Shown piece after piece: positions 26,571-37,219 of a stretch of DNA of 55,033 nt (its first letter is position 1; each line of letters starts with the position of its first letter). The notes beneath the pieces are model-generated. The model was given only the letters and a program-made list of their open reading frames with translations, searched no databases and was not told the origin of the DNA. The position numbers and the translations under genes are program-made. Origin of the DNA: Bacteroidales bacterium. GTDB taxonomy: Bacteria; Bacteroidota; Bacteroidia; Bacteroidales; UBA7960. The stretch spans positions 1 through 55,033 of the forward strand of contig JAWOCF010000114.1 in the NCBI GenBank assembly GCA_046483935.1, given 5' to 3'.

Positions 26571-28673
26571 TTGAAAAACGAAAACAGCGACATATTAAAA
26601 AGAGCTTACGTGGTGTATTTCTTCACCGTGTTGTTTGCTTTGCTGATATTGGGTAAAGTGCTGGTGATACAAGTTTTTCAGGGTGAGAAGTGGCGTGAGA
26701 TGGCTCAAAATACGACCATGCGCTATCTGGATATCGAAGCCATCCGCGGAGACATCTGCGCGGATGATGGCAGCCTGCTGGCCACCAGTGTTCCCCGATA
26801 CGAAATCCGCATGGACCTGAGTGCGCAGGTAATCAAAGACGATCTTTTTTATTCCAGTATAGATTCTTTATCCATCTTGCTGTCGAACCTTTTCAGAGAC
26901 CGCTCCACTTCGCAATACCGCAGTGCCCTGAGCCATGCCCGCAGAAATCAGGAACGCTATTTCCTGGTAAAACGCAATGTCAGCTATAGCCAGCTGCAAG
27001 AGGCCAAAAAATTCCCCTTGTTTCGCCTGGGACGGTTCAAAGGGGGCTTTGTACTGGTAGAAAGCACCCGCCGTGAAATGCCTTACAAGACACTGGCAGC
27101 CCGCACCATCGGCTATGAACGGGGAGGCATTTTTGTAGGCCTTGAGGGAGCTTACCGCGAATCGCTGGAAGGAATACACGGCAAACGGCTGATGCAACGG
27201 ATCAGTGGGGGCAACTGGATGCCTATCAACGATGAGAACGAGATACAACCCCAGCATGGCAGGGATCTGATCACCACCATCAACGTACAGATGCAGGATG
27301 TGGTAGAAAGTGCCCTTCGCCGCAAACTCAGGGAATCGGGCGCTGATTATGGCACGGCCATCCTCATGGAGGTAAAAACAGGAAAGATCAAAGCCATCTC
27401 CAACCTCACCCGCAATGCCACGGGAAATTTTGAGGAATCCTTCAACTTTGCGGTGGGCGAAAGCGTGGAGCCAGGCTCTACTTTTAAGCTGGCATCGATG
27501 ATTGCCGCCCTGGAGGATAAAGTCGTTAATCCCGAAGACCTGATCAATACTGAGGAAGGACAAATCACCTATTTCAACCGCACCATGCGCGACGTAAAGA
27601 AAGGGGGGCATGGGGTGATCACGGTAAAACATGCTTTTGAAGTCTCTTCGAACGTGGGTTTATCAAAGATTATTTATGAAGCTTACAAGGACAATCCCCA
27701 GCGTTTTGTTGACCGTCTGAAAGCCATGGGCCTGCATGAACCCCTGGGTCTGGAAATCTATGGTGAGGGGCAACCCCTGATCCGTGAAGTGGACAGCAAA
27801 GGGTGGTCGGGAGTATCACTCCCCTGGATGGCTATTGGATATGAGGTGTCAATGACCCCGCTGCAAATCCTTTCCCTTTACAATGCCGTGGCCAATGATG
27901 GTCGTATGATGCGCCCGATGTTTGTAGAAGAAATCCGCCAGACCGGAAAGACTTACAAACATTTTGAACCACAGGTGATCAACCGCTCTATTGCCAGCAC
28001 CTCCACCTTAAAAATGGTACAGGAAATGCTGGTGGGAGTGGTTCAAAACGGAACAGCACAAAATATTCATACAGAAACCTACCAGATTGCCGGAAAAACC
28101 GGAACGGCCCAGGTAGCCAACACGCGTCATGGCTATCGCAATGCTTCGGGGGTAAGCTACCGCTCATCTTTCGCAGGATATTTTCCTGCCGATGATCCAC
28201 AATATAGTTGTATTGTGATGGTTCATAATCCTAAGGGATGGATCTACACTGGCAGCCAGATATCGGCCCCGGTGTTTCGTGAAATCTCTGACAAGATCTT
28301 TGCCACACAGATGAACATCAACCAACGGTGGGAAGAACAACCCTTGCTGACGCATCTGCCTTCGTTCCGCAATGCCTATAAAGAAGATATCAAGACCATT
28401 TATTCGGAATTTGATTGCAGGCTGGAGGATGAGAGCCAGAGCATCTGGGTCACGGCCTCGGTAAAAAGCGACACGGTCAGCCTGAGCAGCAAGGAGTTTA
28501 TCGAGAATCTGGTGCCCGATGTGGTGGGCATGAGCCTGAAAGATGCCTATTTCGTTCTGGAAAACGCAGGACTCAGGGTGCGGTTTACCGGCAGGGGCAT
28601 TGTCAGGAAGCAATCGCTGAGAGCAGGCACCCGGATCAGTCCGGCAAGTACCATTTATCTGGAAATGAATTAA
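26571..28673 (+). CDS. ftsI: Penicillin-binding protein (class B transpeptidase, FtsI/PBP3-like) with a C-terminal PASTA-like domain
   Basis: Contains SxxK (GSTFK), SxN (SSN) and KTG (GKTGTA) motifs, an N-terminal TM anchor, and a C-terminal VVGMSLKDAYFVLENAGLRV segment. TTG start. Confidence 0.9.
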   Translation: MKNENSDILKRAYVVYFFTVLFALLILGKVLVIQVFQGEKWREMAQNTTMRYLDIEAIRGDICADDGSLLATSVPRYEIRMDLSAQVIKDDLFYSSIDSLSILLSNLFRDRSTSQYRSALSHARRNQERYFLVKRNVSYSQLQEAKKFPLFRLGRFKGGFVLVESTRREMPYKTLAARTIGYERGGIFVGLEGAYRESLEGIHGKRLMQRISGGNWMPINDENEIQPQHGRDLITTINVQMQDVVESALRRKLRESGADYGTAILMEVKTGKIKAISNLTRNATGNFEESFNFAVGESVEPGSTFKLASMIAALEDKVVNPEDLINTEEGQITYFNRTMRDVKKGGHGVITVKHAFEVSSNVGLSKIIYEAYKDNPQRFVDRLKAMGLHEPLGLEIYGEGQPLIREVDSKGWSGVSLPWMAIGYEVSMTPLQILSLYNAVANDGRMMRPMFVEEIRQTGKTYKHFEPQVINRSIASTSTLKMVQEMLVGVVQNGTAQNIHTETYQIAGKTGTAQVANTRHGYRNASGVSYRSSFAGYFPADDPQYSCIVMVHNPKGWIYTGSQISAPVFREISDKIFATQMNINQRWEEQPLLTHLPSFRNAYKEDIKTIYSEFDCRLEDESQSIWVTASVKSDTVSLSSKEFIENLVPDVVGMSLKDAYFVLENAGLRVRFTGRGIVRKQSLRAGTRISPASTIYLEMN

Positions 28674-28691
28674 TTTTCAAAAGCCCAAAGA

Positions 28692-30143
28692 GTGAAAAAT
28701 TTAGGTGACATACTATATAAGACAGGACTTCAGGAAGTAGCCGGAACCCTGGACCTGGGGATTACTTCCGTAGCCTCCGACTCCAGAAAGGTCACTTCAC
28801 AAGGGGTTTTTGTGGCTGTCAGAGGGCTTCAAACCGACGGCCACCTCTATATAGACCAGGCCATTTCAACCGGTGCAGTAGCCATCGTATGCGAAGAAAT
28901 GCCAGCCAGCCTCCTACCCACCATCACCTATGTAAGGGTCCAGAATTCATCCAAAGCCCTTGGGATGATGGCTTCCAACTTCTACAACCAGCCATCGGCC
29001 AGGTTAAAACTGGTAGGAGTCACTGGTACCAATGGAAAGACTACCATTGTTACGTTGCTTCATGAGCTGTTTACCCGGATGGGATATACCACCGGGCTGC
29101 TATCGACGGTCAGAAACCTGATCGGCAATCAGGAGTTGCCATCACTATATACCACTCCCGATCCGGTATCGCTCAACCAGTTGCTGAACAAGATGGTGGA
29201 AGCCGGTTGTGAGTATGCCTTTATGGAAGTGAGTTCTCATGCCCTGGCCCAGCATCGCACCGAAGGGCTGCATTTTGCAGGTGGTGTATTTACCAACATC
29301 ACCCACGATCATCTTGATTATCACAAAACCTTCAGAAATTACCTGGAGACCAAGAAAAGCTTTTTCGATCATCTGGAACCAGGCAGTTTTGCCTTATCCA
29401 ACCTTGATGATAAGAATGGATGGGTGATGCTCCAAAACACCAAAGCCACCAAAAATACCTATAGCCTGCGGTCGATGGCCGATTTCAGGGCCCGGGTTAT
29501 GGAAAGCAGTTTCACAGGCATGCAGCTACAGATCAACAACCATGAGTTCTGGTGCAGGCTCATCGGCCAGTTCAATGCCTACAACCTGTTGGCAGCCTAT
29601 GGCACGGCCATTTTGTTGGGCGAGGAATCCGAAATGGTATTGACTTCATTAAGCAGTTGCACGCCGGCCGAGGGAAGATTTGAATTTTTTACCACCGAAA
29701 ACAGGATCACGGCCATTGTGGATTATGCCCATACCCCGGATGCCCTGGAAAATGTGCTTAAAACAGTCAATAGCCTGCGTACAGGCACCGAAAAGATCAT
29801 CACGGTAGTAGGGGCCGGTGGAAATCGCGACGCCACCAAGAGGCCTGAAATGGCCTCTATCGCAGTGCACCTGAGTGACAAGATTATCCTCACCAGCGAC
29901 AATCCCCGGTTTGAAGAACCCGAAGAGATCATCCGCGACATGAAGGCAGGGCTGGATCCGGTGTCCCTGAAAAGAACCCACACGGTAATCAACCGCCGTG
30001 AAGCCATCAGTGTGGCTTGTGGTATGGCTTCACCCGGCGACATCGTGCTGGTAGCGGGCAAGGGCCACGAGAAATATCAGGAGATCAAAGGTGTAAAATA
30101 CCCTTTTGATGACATGATATTGTTGAAAGAATTTTTGACCTGA
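28692..30143 (+). CDS. murE: UDP-N-acetylmuramoyl-L-alanyl-D-glutamate--2,6-diaminopimelate ligase
   Basis: P-loop [10 protein letters not shown] and the DNPR motif (SDNPRFEEP) associated with meso-DAP specificity. GTG start. Confidence 0.93.
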   Translation: MKNLGDILYKTGLQEVAGTLDLGITSVASDSRKVTSQGVFVAVRGLQTDGHLYIDQAISTGAVAIVCEEMPASLLPTITYVRVQNSSKALGMMASNFYNQPSARLKLVGVTGTNGKTTIVTLLHELFTRMGYTTGLLSTVRNLIGNQELPSLYTTPDPVSLNQLLNKMVEAGCEYAFMEVSSHALAQHRTEGLHFAGGVFTNITHDHLDYHKTFRNYLETKKSFFDHLEPGSFALSNLDDKNGWVMLQNTKATKNTYSLRSMADFRARVMESSFTGMQLQINNHEFWCRLIGQFNAYNLLAAYGTAILLGEESEMVLTSLSSCTPAEGRFEFFTTENRITAIVDYAHTPDALENVLKTVNSLRTGTEKIITVVGAGGNRDATKRPEMASIAVHLSDKIILTSDNPRFEEPEEIIRDMKAGLDPVSLKRTHTVINRREAISVACGMASPGDIVLVAGKGHEKYQEIKGVKYPFDDMILLKEFLT

Positions 30144-30169
30144 AACAACAACAGATAAACAGAAAAAAC

Positions 30170-31429
30170 ATGCTGTATTACTTTTTCGAATATCTGAACA
30201 ACACCTTTGAAATTCCCGGAACAGGGGTCTTTCAGTATATCTCATTCAGGTCGGGCATGGCCGTGATCTTCTCGCTGCTGATCGCCTTGATTTTCGGCAA
30301 AAAGATCATCGTATACCTTCAGAAGAAACAGGTGGGCGAAGAAGTACGCAACCTGGGGCTGGAAGGTCAGATGAAGAAGCAGGGAACCCCCACCATGGGC
30401 GGACTGATTATTATCGGGGCCATCGTGGTACCCACCCTGCTATTTGCACAGCTCGATAACATTTACATCATCCTGATGCTGGTTGCCACCCTATGGTTGG
30501 GAGCCATTGGCTTTCTGGACGACTATATCAAGGTATTCCGCAAGGACAAAAAAGGCCTGCAAGGAAAGTTCAAGATCCTGGGACAGGTAACCCTTGGTGT
30601 GATTATAGGATCCACCCTTTATTTTCATGATGGGGTGGTGATCCGCGAGAAACTTCCTGAACCAGTCACTCAGGAAACACTCAGCGACCTGATGGAAGCC
30701 GAAGGAGCAGGCCCGGGCCCTGCCAGCCCCTTTGCCAAGGAGTCGGTAAAATCAACCAAGACCACGATCCCCTTTTTGAAGGACAATGAACTGGACTATG
30801 CACGGTTCCTGAGGTTCCTGGGCGAAGGCTATGAAAAATGGGCCTTCCTGGTTTTCATTCCCATAGTAATCCTGATCATCACGGCAGTATCGAATGGGGC
30901 CAACATGACCGATGGGCTGGATGGGCTGGCTACCGGCACCTCAGCCATTATCGGGGTTACCCTGGGCATCCTGGCTTATGTGTCGGGCAACACGGTGTTT
31001 GCCAACTACCTGAACATCATGTACATTCCCCTCACTGGTGAGCTGGTCATCTTTATGGCAGCTTTTGCAGGGGCCTGTATCGGATTTCTGTGGTACAACA
31101 CCTACCCAGCACAGGTATTTATGGGCGACACCGGCAGCCTGGCATTGGGTGGCATCATTGCAGTATTTGCCATTGTGATCCGAAAGGAACTTCTGATTCC
31201 GATCCTTTGTGGGATATTCTTTGTGGAAAACCTCTCGGTAATCATGCAGGTAGGCTGGTTTAAATATACCCGCAAACGCTATGGCGTAGGCCGCCGGATC
31301 TTTCAGATGGCACCCCTGCATCACCATTATCAGATGTCGGGCTATCATGAGGCAAAAATTGTACAGCGCTTTTTTATCGTAGGGATTCTTCTGGCAGTAT
31401 TTTCAGTGATTACCCTCAAATTAAGATAA
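30170..31429 (+). CDS. mraY: Phospho-N-acetylmuramoyl-pentapeptide transferase
   Basis: Polytopic membrane protein with [21 protein letters not shown] and APLHHH motifs. Confidence 0.95.
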   Translation: MLYYFFEYLNNTFEIPGTGVFQYISFRSGMAVIFSLLIALIFGKKIIVYLQKKQVGEEVRNLGLEGQMKKQGTPTMGGLIIIGAIVVPTLLFAQLDNIYIILMLVATLWLGAIGFLDDYIKVFRKDKKGLQGKFKILGQVTLGVIIGSTLYFHDGVVIREKLPEPVTQETLSDLMEAEGAGPGPASPFAKESVKSTKTTIPFLKDNELDYARFLRFLGEGYEKWAFLVFIPIVILIITAVSNGANMTDGLDGLATGTSAIIGVTLGILAYVSGNTVFANYLNIMYIPLTGELVIFMAAFAGACIGFLWYNTYPAQVFMGDTGSLALGGIIAVFAIVIRKELLIPILCGIFFVENLSVIMQVGWFKYTRKRYGVGRRIFQMAPLHHHYQMSGYHEAKIVQRFFIVGILLAVFSVITLKLR

Positions 31430-31444
31430 TAATAAAAGAAAAAC

Positions 31445-32785
31445 ATGAACCAACGGATCGTCATACTCGGAGCAGGTGAAAGTGGCACTGGTGCCGCTAT
31501 TCTTGCAGCACAGCAAGGGTATGAAGTATTCGTTTCGGACCGCAGCCCCATCCAGGACTATTATCGCAAGGCGCTTGATTCTCATAACATCTCCTGGGAA
31601 CAGGGACAACATACTCCTTCGCGGATTCTGAATGCCGCAGAGGTAGTGAAGAGCCCCGGCATTCCTGATTCGGCACCTATCGTACAGCAGCTTGTCAGCA
31701 AAGGCATCCCGGTCATCTCAGAAATAGAACTGGCCGGACGCTACGCCCGGGGCACAAAGATCTGCATCACAGGCAGCAACGGCAAAACCACTACCACGCT
31801 GCTAACCGGCCATATCCTGAAGAAGGCAGGCATGGACGTATGCGTTGCCGGCAACGTGGGTAAAAGCTTTGCCTGGCAGGTGGCCGAAAACCAGCATGAG
31901 GTGTACGTGCTGGAATTATCCTCTTTTCAACTGGATGGGATGACCGACTTCAGGGCAGATATTTCGGTACTGCTGAACATCACCCCCGATCACCTTGACA
32001 GATACAATCATGATTTTGGGAAATATGCCCGCGCAAAGATGCGGATTCTGCAAAATCAGCGGCCCACAGATTATTGCATCTATAATTATGACGACGAAGT
32101 GATTGGAACACTTCTCAAGGAAATGAATCCGGAACCCCGTCTGGTTCCATTTTCAGTAAAAGAAACGCTTCACCAGGGAGCATGGCTAAAAAATGAAAAC
32201 ACTATGAGCATTCACATAAATTCTGAGGAATTCAATATGGACACCCAAGCACTGGGAATAAAAGGAAAGCACAACATCTACAACAGCATGGCCAGTGGCA
32301 TTGCAGCCCGGCTGGTTGATATCAGGAAGGAATTCATTAAAGAAAGTCTGTGTGATTTTCAGAACATTGAGCACCGTCTGGAGTCGTTGGGCTCGGTGCG
32401 GGGCATTGAATTTATCAACGACAGCAAGGCCACCAATGTAAACTCTACCTGGTATGCCCTGGAAACCATGAACCGCCCGGTAATCTGGATTGCTGGCGGT
32501 CAGGATAAAGGCAATGACTACGACACCCTGATGCATATGGTAAAGCAGAAGGTGAAGGCGATTATTTGCCTGGGCAAGGATAACAGCAGAATCATTGAGG
32601 CATTTGGCGGGGTTGTGCCTACCATTATTGAGACGCAGTCGGCCACCGAAGCCGCAAAAACTGCTTATATGGCAGGAGCGCCCGGCGATGTGGTGTTGCT
32701 CTCGCCGGCCTGTGCCAGTTTTGATCTGTTTGAGAATTATGAAGACCGGGGCACCCAGTTCAAGAAAGCGGTCTATGCCCTTTAA
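31445..32785 (+). CDS. murD: UDP-N-acetylmuramoylalanine--D-glutamate ligase
   Basis: Rossmann-like N-terminus ILGAGESG and P-loop GSNGKTTT, in the expected dcw position. Confidence 0.92.
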   Translation: MNQRIVILGAGESGTGAAILAAQQGYEVFVSDRSPIQDYYRKALDSHNISWEQGQHTPSRILNAAEVVKSPGIPDSAPIVQQLVSKGIPVISEIELAGRYARGTKICITGSNGKTTTTLLTGHILKKAGMDVCVAGNVGKSFAWQVAENQHEVYVLELSSFQLDGMTDFRADISVLLNITPDHLDRYNHDFGKYARAKMRILQNQRPTDYCIYNYDDEVIGTLLKEMNPEPRLVPFSVKETLHQGAWLKNENTMSIHINSEEFNMDTQALGIKGKHNIYNSMASGIAARLVDIRKEFIKESLCDFQNIEHRLESLGSVRGIEFINDSKATNVNSTWYALETMNRPVIWIAGGQDKGNDYDTLMHMVKQKVKAIICLGKDNSRIIEAFGGVVPTIIETQSATEAAKTAYMAGAPGDVVLLSPACASFDLFENYEDRGTQFKKAVYAL

Positions 32786-32797
32786 ACTCTGAAATGT

Positions 32798-33952
32798 ATG
32801 ATCTCATTCCTGGAAAAAATAAAAGGCGATAGAATAATCTGGATGGTGGTCCTGCTGCTGTCAGTAATCTCATTACTGGCAGTATACAGTTCCACGGGCA
32901 CCCTGGCTTATCGCTACAGGGATGGGAACACTGAATATTATATCCTGAAACATTTCATGGTGATGGTGATGGGACTGGGGTTGATGTACCTGGCACACAA
33001 AATCAACTATTCCTATTACTCAAGGCTGTCGCAGCTGGCTCTTTATATTGCCATCCCGCTATTGGCTTTCACCCTGGTTCGCGGAACAAATATCAATGAA
33101 GCGAGCCGGTGGCTCACCCTGCCCATCATCAACCTGAATTTCCAAAGTTCAGATTTTGCCAAACTAGCCCTGATTATGTATCTGGCCAGGGTGTTAACCC
33201 GCAGTCAGCTGTTGCTGAAGGATTTCAACACTTCGGTAATCCCGGTGATCCTCCCGGTATTGATTGTGTGTGGGCTCATTCTGCCGGCCAACTTCTCGAC
33301 AGCCGCCATTTTATTTGTCACTTCCGTGCTGATCATGTTCATCGGGGGCGTAAATCTGCGCTACATTTCCACGATTGCTGTCATCGGCATCGTGGCCGTA
33401 GGGCTCTTTGTGGTGGTGGTGATGAACATGCCCGACACCGGCAGGGTAGGAACCTGGCAAAACAGGGTTGAAAATTTCATCGGGAAAGACGGCGGTGATA
33501 CCTACCAGTCGGATCAATCAAAAATTGCCATTGCTACGGGCGGGTTGCTGGGCAAGCTGCCAGGCAATTCCACCCAAAGAAACTTTTTGCCCCATGCCTA
33601 TTCCGATTTTATCTATGCCATTATCATTGAAGAATATGGATCCTTCGGTGGATTCGTGGTATTAATGCTCTACCTGATCCTGTTATTCAGGAGCATCCGC
33701 ATTGCCCAGAAAAGCCCGGGCACCTTCGGGGCCTTGCTGGCAGCAGGATTAAGCTTCAGCCTGGTCTTCCAGGCCATGATCAACATGGCGGTGACTGTTG
33801 ACCTGCTCCCGGTAACGGGCCAGCCCCTGCCGCTGATCAGTATGGGAGGAACCTCGTTGTGGTTTACCAGCCTCTCGATAGGCATCATACTTAGTGTGAG
33901 CCGTAAAGTGGACGAAGAAAACGAAAAACTGAATCATTATGCGACAACCTGA
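32798..33952 (+). CDS. ftsW: SEDS-family peptidoglycan glycosyltransferase FtsW
   Basis: About 10 TM segments with FQSSDFAKLAL, SDFIYAII and PLISMGGTS motifs, in the expected dcw position. Confidence 0.88.
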   Translation: MISFLEKIKGDRIIWMVVLLLSVISLLAVYSSTGTLAYRYRDGNTEYYILKHFMVMVMGLGLMYLAHKINYSYYSRLSQLALYIAIPLLAFTLVRGTNINEASRWLTLPIINLNFQSSDFAKLALIMYLARVLTRSQLLLKDFNTSVIPVILPVLIVCGLILPANFSTAAILFVTSVLIMFIGGVNLRYISTIAVIGIVAVGLFVVVVMNMPDTGRVGTWQNRVENFIGKDGGDTYQSDQSKIAIATGGLLGKLPGNSTQRNFLPHAYSDFIYAIIIEEYGSFGGFVVLMLYLILLFRSIRIAQKSPGTFGALLAAGLSFSLVFQAMINMAVTVDLLPVTGQPLPLISMGGTSLWFTSLSIGIILSVSRKVDEENEKLNHYATT

Positions 33953-35051
33953 TCCTTTAAGAATCATCATCGCAGGTGGCGGCACCGGGGGGCATGTCTT
34001 TCCGGCCATTGCCATTGCTATGGCCATTAAGAAGCAGGTGTACAATGCAAAGATCCTTTTTGTAGGGGCAAAGGGTCGCATGGAAATGACCAAAGTACCC
34101 GCTGCAGGGTTTCATATCGTAGGCCTGAACATTGCAGGACTTCAGAGGAGGATTACCTGGAAAAACATACAGGTCCCTTTCAAGTTGATCGACAGCCTGA
34201 TTGCTTCATCCAAAATCATCAAACGCTTTAAGCCCGACCTGGTGATCGGCGTAGGTGGGTATGCCAGTGGCCCATTGCTATGGGCTGCCACCCGCCAGAA
34301 AATCCCGGTATTGATCCAGGAACAGAACTCCTATCCGGGCCTCACCAACCGCATTCTGGGCAAGAAGGCCGATAAGATTTGTGTTGCCTATGAAGGGATG
34401 GAACGCTTTTTCCCCAAACAGAAAATCTTCCTGACAGGCAATCCCGTACGAAACGATGTGGTGAATCTGATAGGAAAACATGAAGCGGGATTAAAATATT
34501 TCTCCCTGTCGCCCAACAAACCAGTATTGCTGGTTACGGGCGGAAGCCTGGGAGCCCGAACCATTAATGAAAGCCTGCTGCACAACCTGAAGTTATTTCT
34601 GTTCAACGACATTCAGGTAATCTGGCAAACGGGCACCTGGTTTTATCAGACGGCCCTGCAACAAACTGAAGGGCTGGAGAAGTTCGGGCTGCATGTCACC
34701 AGATTTATCGACAGGATGGATTATGCTTATGCAGTAGCCGACATGGTGGTCAGCCGTTCGGGGGCCATTGCGGTGTCGGAAATATGCATTGTACAAAAGC
34801 CGGCCATCCTGGTTCCTTCGCCCAATGTAGCCGAAGACCATCAGACCAAGAATGCGTTGGCTCTGGTCAATTACAACGCAGCCATCCTGCTGCCCGATCA
34901 TGAGGCCAAAGAAAGGCTGGGTGCCGTGGTCATGGAACTGATTTTTGATGAAGAGAAAAAGCGGCGTTTCCGCGAGAAGCTGGCAGGCCTCTCCTTTCGC
35001 GATGCAGCAGAAAAAATTGCCGGTGTGGCATTAAGCATTTCAAAAAGATAA
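33939..35051 (+). CDS. murG: Undecaprenyldiphospho-muramoylpentapeptide beta-N-acetylglucosaminyltransferase
   Basis: GGTGGHVFPA motif. It overlaps the ftsW end by 14 nt. Confidence 0.92.
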   Translation: MRQPDPLRIIIAGGGTGGHVFPAIAIAMAIKKQVYNAKILFVGAKGRMEMTKVPAAGFHIVGLNIAGLQRRITWKNIQVPFKLIDSLIASSKIIKRFKPDLVIGVGGYASGPLLWAATRQKIPVLIQEQNSYPGLTNRILGKKADKICVAYEGMERFFPKQKIFLTGNPVRNDVVNLIGKHEAGLKYFSLSPNKPVLLVTGGSLGARTINESLLHNLKLFLFNDIQVIWQTGTWFYQTALQQTEGLEKFGLHVTRFIDRMDYAYAVADMVVSRSGAIAVSEICIVQKPAILVPSPNVAEDHQTKNALALVNYNAAILLPDHEAKERLGAVVMELIFDEEKKRRFREKLAGLSFRDAAEKIAGVALSISKR

Positions 35052-35061
35052 ACAACAGGGC

Positions 35062-36423
35062 ATGGATTTAAACAAAATACATAACATCTTTTTCCTGGGC
35101 ATCGGAGGCATTGGCATGAGTGCCCTGGCCCGGTTCTTCCATGCCCGGGGAGCCAGTGTTTCAGGGTATGACAAAACGCCCACCTCATTGACTCATGCCC
35201 TGCATCAACAGGGAATGCAGGTCTTTTATCAGGATAATCCTGAGGTGATCCCTGCTGATTGCCAGCTGGTAATCTACACCCCTGCCGTACCTGCAACAAC
35301 CCGGTTGTTTCAAGCCATAGAAGCCCAGGGACTTCCACTGATAAAACGGGCCCGGATTCTGGGAATAATCTCTGAAAAGATTCCCACGATAGCGGTAGCA
35401 GGCACCCATGGCAAAACAACCATTACCACCATGATTGCGCACATCATGCGTACGGCGGGAATGAACTTCAGTGCTTTTCTGGGAGGCATCAGCGCCAATT
35501 ATAACACCAACTTCCTGGGTAGCATCGCTCCTGACTGGATGGTGGTGGAAGCCGATGAATATGACCGTTCTTTCCTGCAGCTGGCCCCACAGATCGCCGT
35601 CATCTCTTCAATGGATGCCGACCACCTTGACATTTATGGCTCAACCGAATCAATGCTGGATTCCTTCAGCTTGTTTGCTCAAAAGGTACATCCCGAAGGT
35701 CTGCTGATCCTCAAACAGGGGTTAAAACTCAATCAGCAGATTCAGGCTCCTGTAAGAGACTATCATATCAGCCATCCTGCTGCGCATTATGCAGAAAATA
35801 TTCAGGTGAAAAACAATACCAATCAGGCACAAATCAAAGGACTGGCCCCCGTTGAGGAACTGGTCATGGGGCTTGCCGGAAAGCACAACCTGGAAAATGC
35901 ACTGGCAGCCATTGCTGTTTGCCATCACATCGGCATTGATACCCACACCATTGCGCGGGCGTTGGCCAGCTTCAAAGGGGTAAAACGCCGTTTTGAGACC
36001 ATCTACCACGATGATTGCAGGATTTTTATTGACGACTATGCCCATCATCCTGAAGAGCTGAAGGCCAGCCTGAACTCTGCCCGCGAATTGTTTCCAGGCC
36101 GGAAAATAACAGCCATCTTTCAACCCCATCTGTTCTCGCGCACACGCGACCTGGCAGCAGGTTTTGTCCAGAGTTTATCGTTGGCCGATGAGTTGATCCT
36201 GATGGAAATTTACCCTGCCCGCGAGGCACCCATTCCTGGCATTACTTCGCAGTGGCTGCTGCAACAAATCCCCCTTGACCAGAAAAGCCTGATGACAGGG
36301 GAAGAGGTTCTGGAAACATTTATTCATAGAGATATAGAAGTATTGCTTACCCTTGGAGCAGGGAATATTGACCTTCTGGTTGAACCATTACAAAAGATAT
36401 TGCAAAAGAAAGGCCAGCAATGA
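35062..36423 (+). CDS. murC: UDP-N-acetylmuramate--L-alanine ligase
   Basis: GIGGIGMSALA and P-loop GTHGKTTIT. Confidence 0.92.
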   Translation: MDLNKIHNIFFLGIGGIGMSALARFFHARGASVSGYDKTPTSLTHALHQQGMQVFYQDNPEVIPADCQLVIYTPAVPATTRLFQAIEAQGLPLIKRARILGIISEKIPTIAVAGTHGKTTITTMIAHIMRTAGMNFSAFLGGISANYNTNFLGSIAPDWMVVEADEYDRSFLQLAPQIAVISSMDADHLDIYGSTESMLDSFSLFAQKVHPEGLLILKQGLKLNQQIQAPVRDYHISHPAAHYAENIQVKNNTNQAQIKGLAPVEELVMGLAGKHNLENALAAIAVCHHIGIDTHTIARALASFKGVKRRFETIYHDDCRIFIDDYAHHPEELKASLNSARELFPGRKITAIFQPHLFSRTRDLAAGFVQSLSLADELILMEIYPAREAPIPGITSQWLLQQIPLDQKSLMTGEEVLETFIHRDIEVLLTLGAGNIDLLVEPLQKILQKKGQQ

Positions 36424-37211
36424 AAATGCAAGTTGTAAATATCATCACCGGGATTGTCCTGTTAGCGGGCACCTTCTTCCTGCTTGGCTTTTCGATGGAA
36501 AGCAACTCCAGAACTCCTGTCAACGACCTGGTAGTGAGTGTTGATCAACGCGATGGGATTCAGTTTATTGATGAACAACAGATCCGGGCCATGGTAAAAA
36601 AATTCATGGAGGCCAGGAAAGATAGCCTGGCAGGCAATATTCAGCTCAGGGAGCTCGAGCAACTGATTGCAGGATTGCCGCATGTGCAGCGCGCACATGC
36701 CTATCGCACCATCGATGGCAGCATCCATATAAAAACCAGTCAGAAAAAACCCCTGCTACGGGTAATCACCAGCCACAACGACAGCTATTATATAGATACC
36801 AATGGAGGCATGATACCATTAAGCGGGCGGTACACTGCCAGGGTGATGGTAGCAACAGGCCACATACACAATCCTTATTCAGCGGTAGTAAACCTGAAAG
36901 AAGAGGTATCCTCAAAAAAAAACCAGGACAATGAAAAAAGGCTCAGGGAGCTGTTTCAGCTGGTTGAATACATTAACCAGGACACCTTCTGGAATGCCAT
37001 TATTGATCATATTTACGTAACCCCAAAAGGGGAGTTTGAACTGATTCCTAAAAATGGAAATCATATAGTAGAGTTTGGAAAAATTGACCGCATGGAGCAA
37101 AAATTCACCAAACTCTATTCCTTTTATCAACACGGGTTGTCTCGTGTGGGTTGGCATCATTATTCACGGGTCAACTTAAAATTTAATAATCAGATAGTTT
37201 GTTCTAAATAA
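36420..37211 (+). CDS. ftsQ: Cell division protein FtsQ (POTRA-containing)
   Basis: It sits between murC and ftsA, overlapping murC by 4 nt (ATGA). It has an N-terminal TM anchor followed by a POTRA-like region. Confidence 0.65.
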   Translation: MKMQVVNIITGIVLLAGTFFLLGFSMESNSRTPVNDLVVSVDQRDGIQFIDEQQIRAMVKKFMEARKDSLAGNIQLRELEQLIAGLPHVQRAHAYRTIDGSIHIKTSQKKPLLRVITSHNDSYYIDTNGGMIPLSGRYTARVMVATGHIHNPYSAVVNLKEEVSSKKNQDNEKRLRELFQLVEYINQDTFWNAIIDHIYVTPKGEFELIPKNGNHIVEFGKIDRMEQKFTKLYSFYQHGLSRVGWHHYSRVNLKFNNQIVCSK

Positions 37212-37219
37212 TTTCTGTT

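Noticed and set aside
26868-27632. 254-aa ORF antisense to ftsI
   Set aside because: It lies fully inside a PBP gene that carries the SxxK/SxN/KTG motifs, and there is no independent support.
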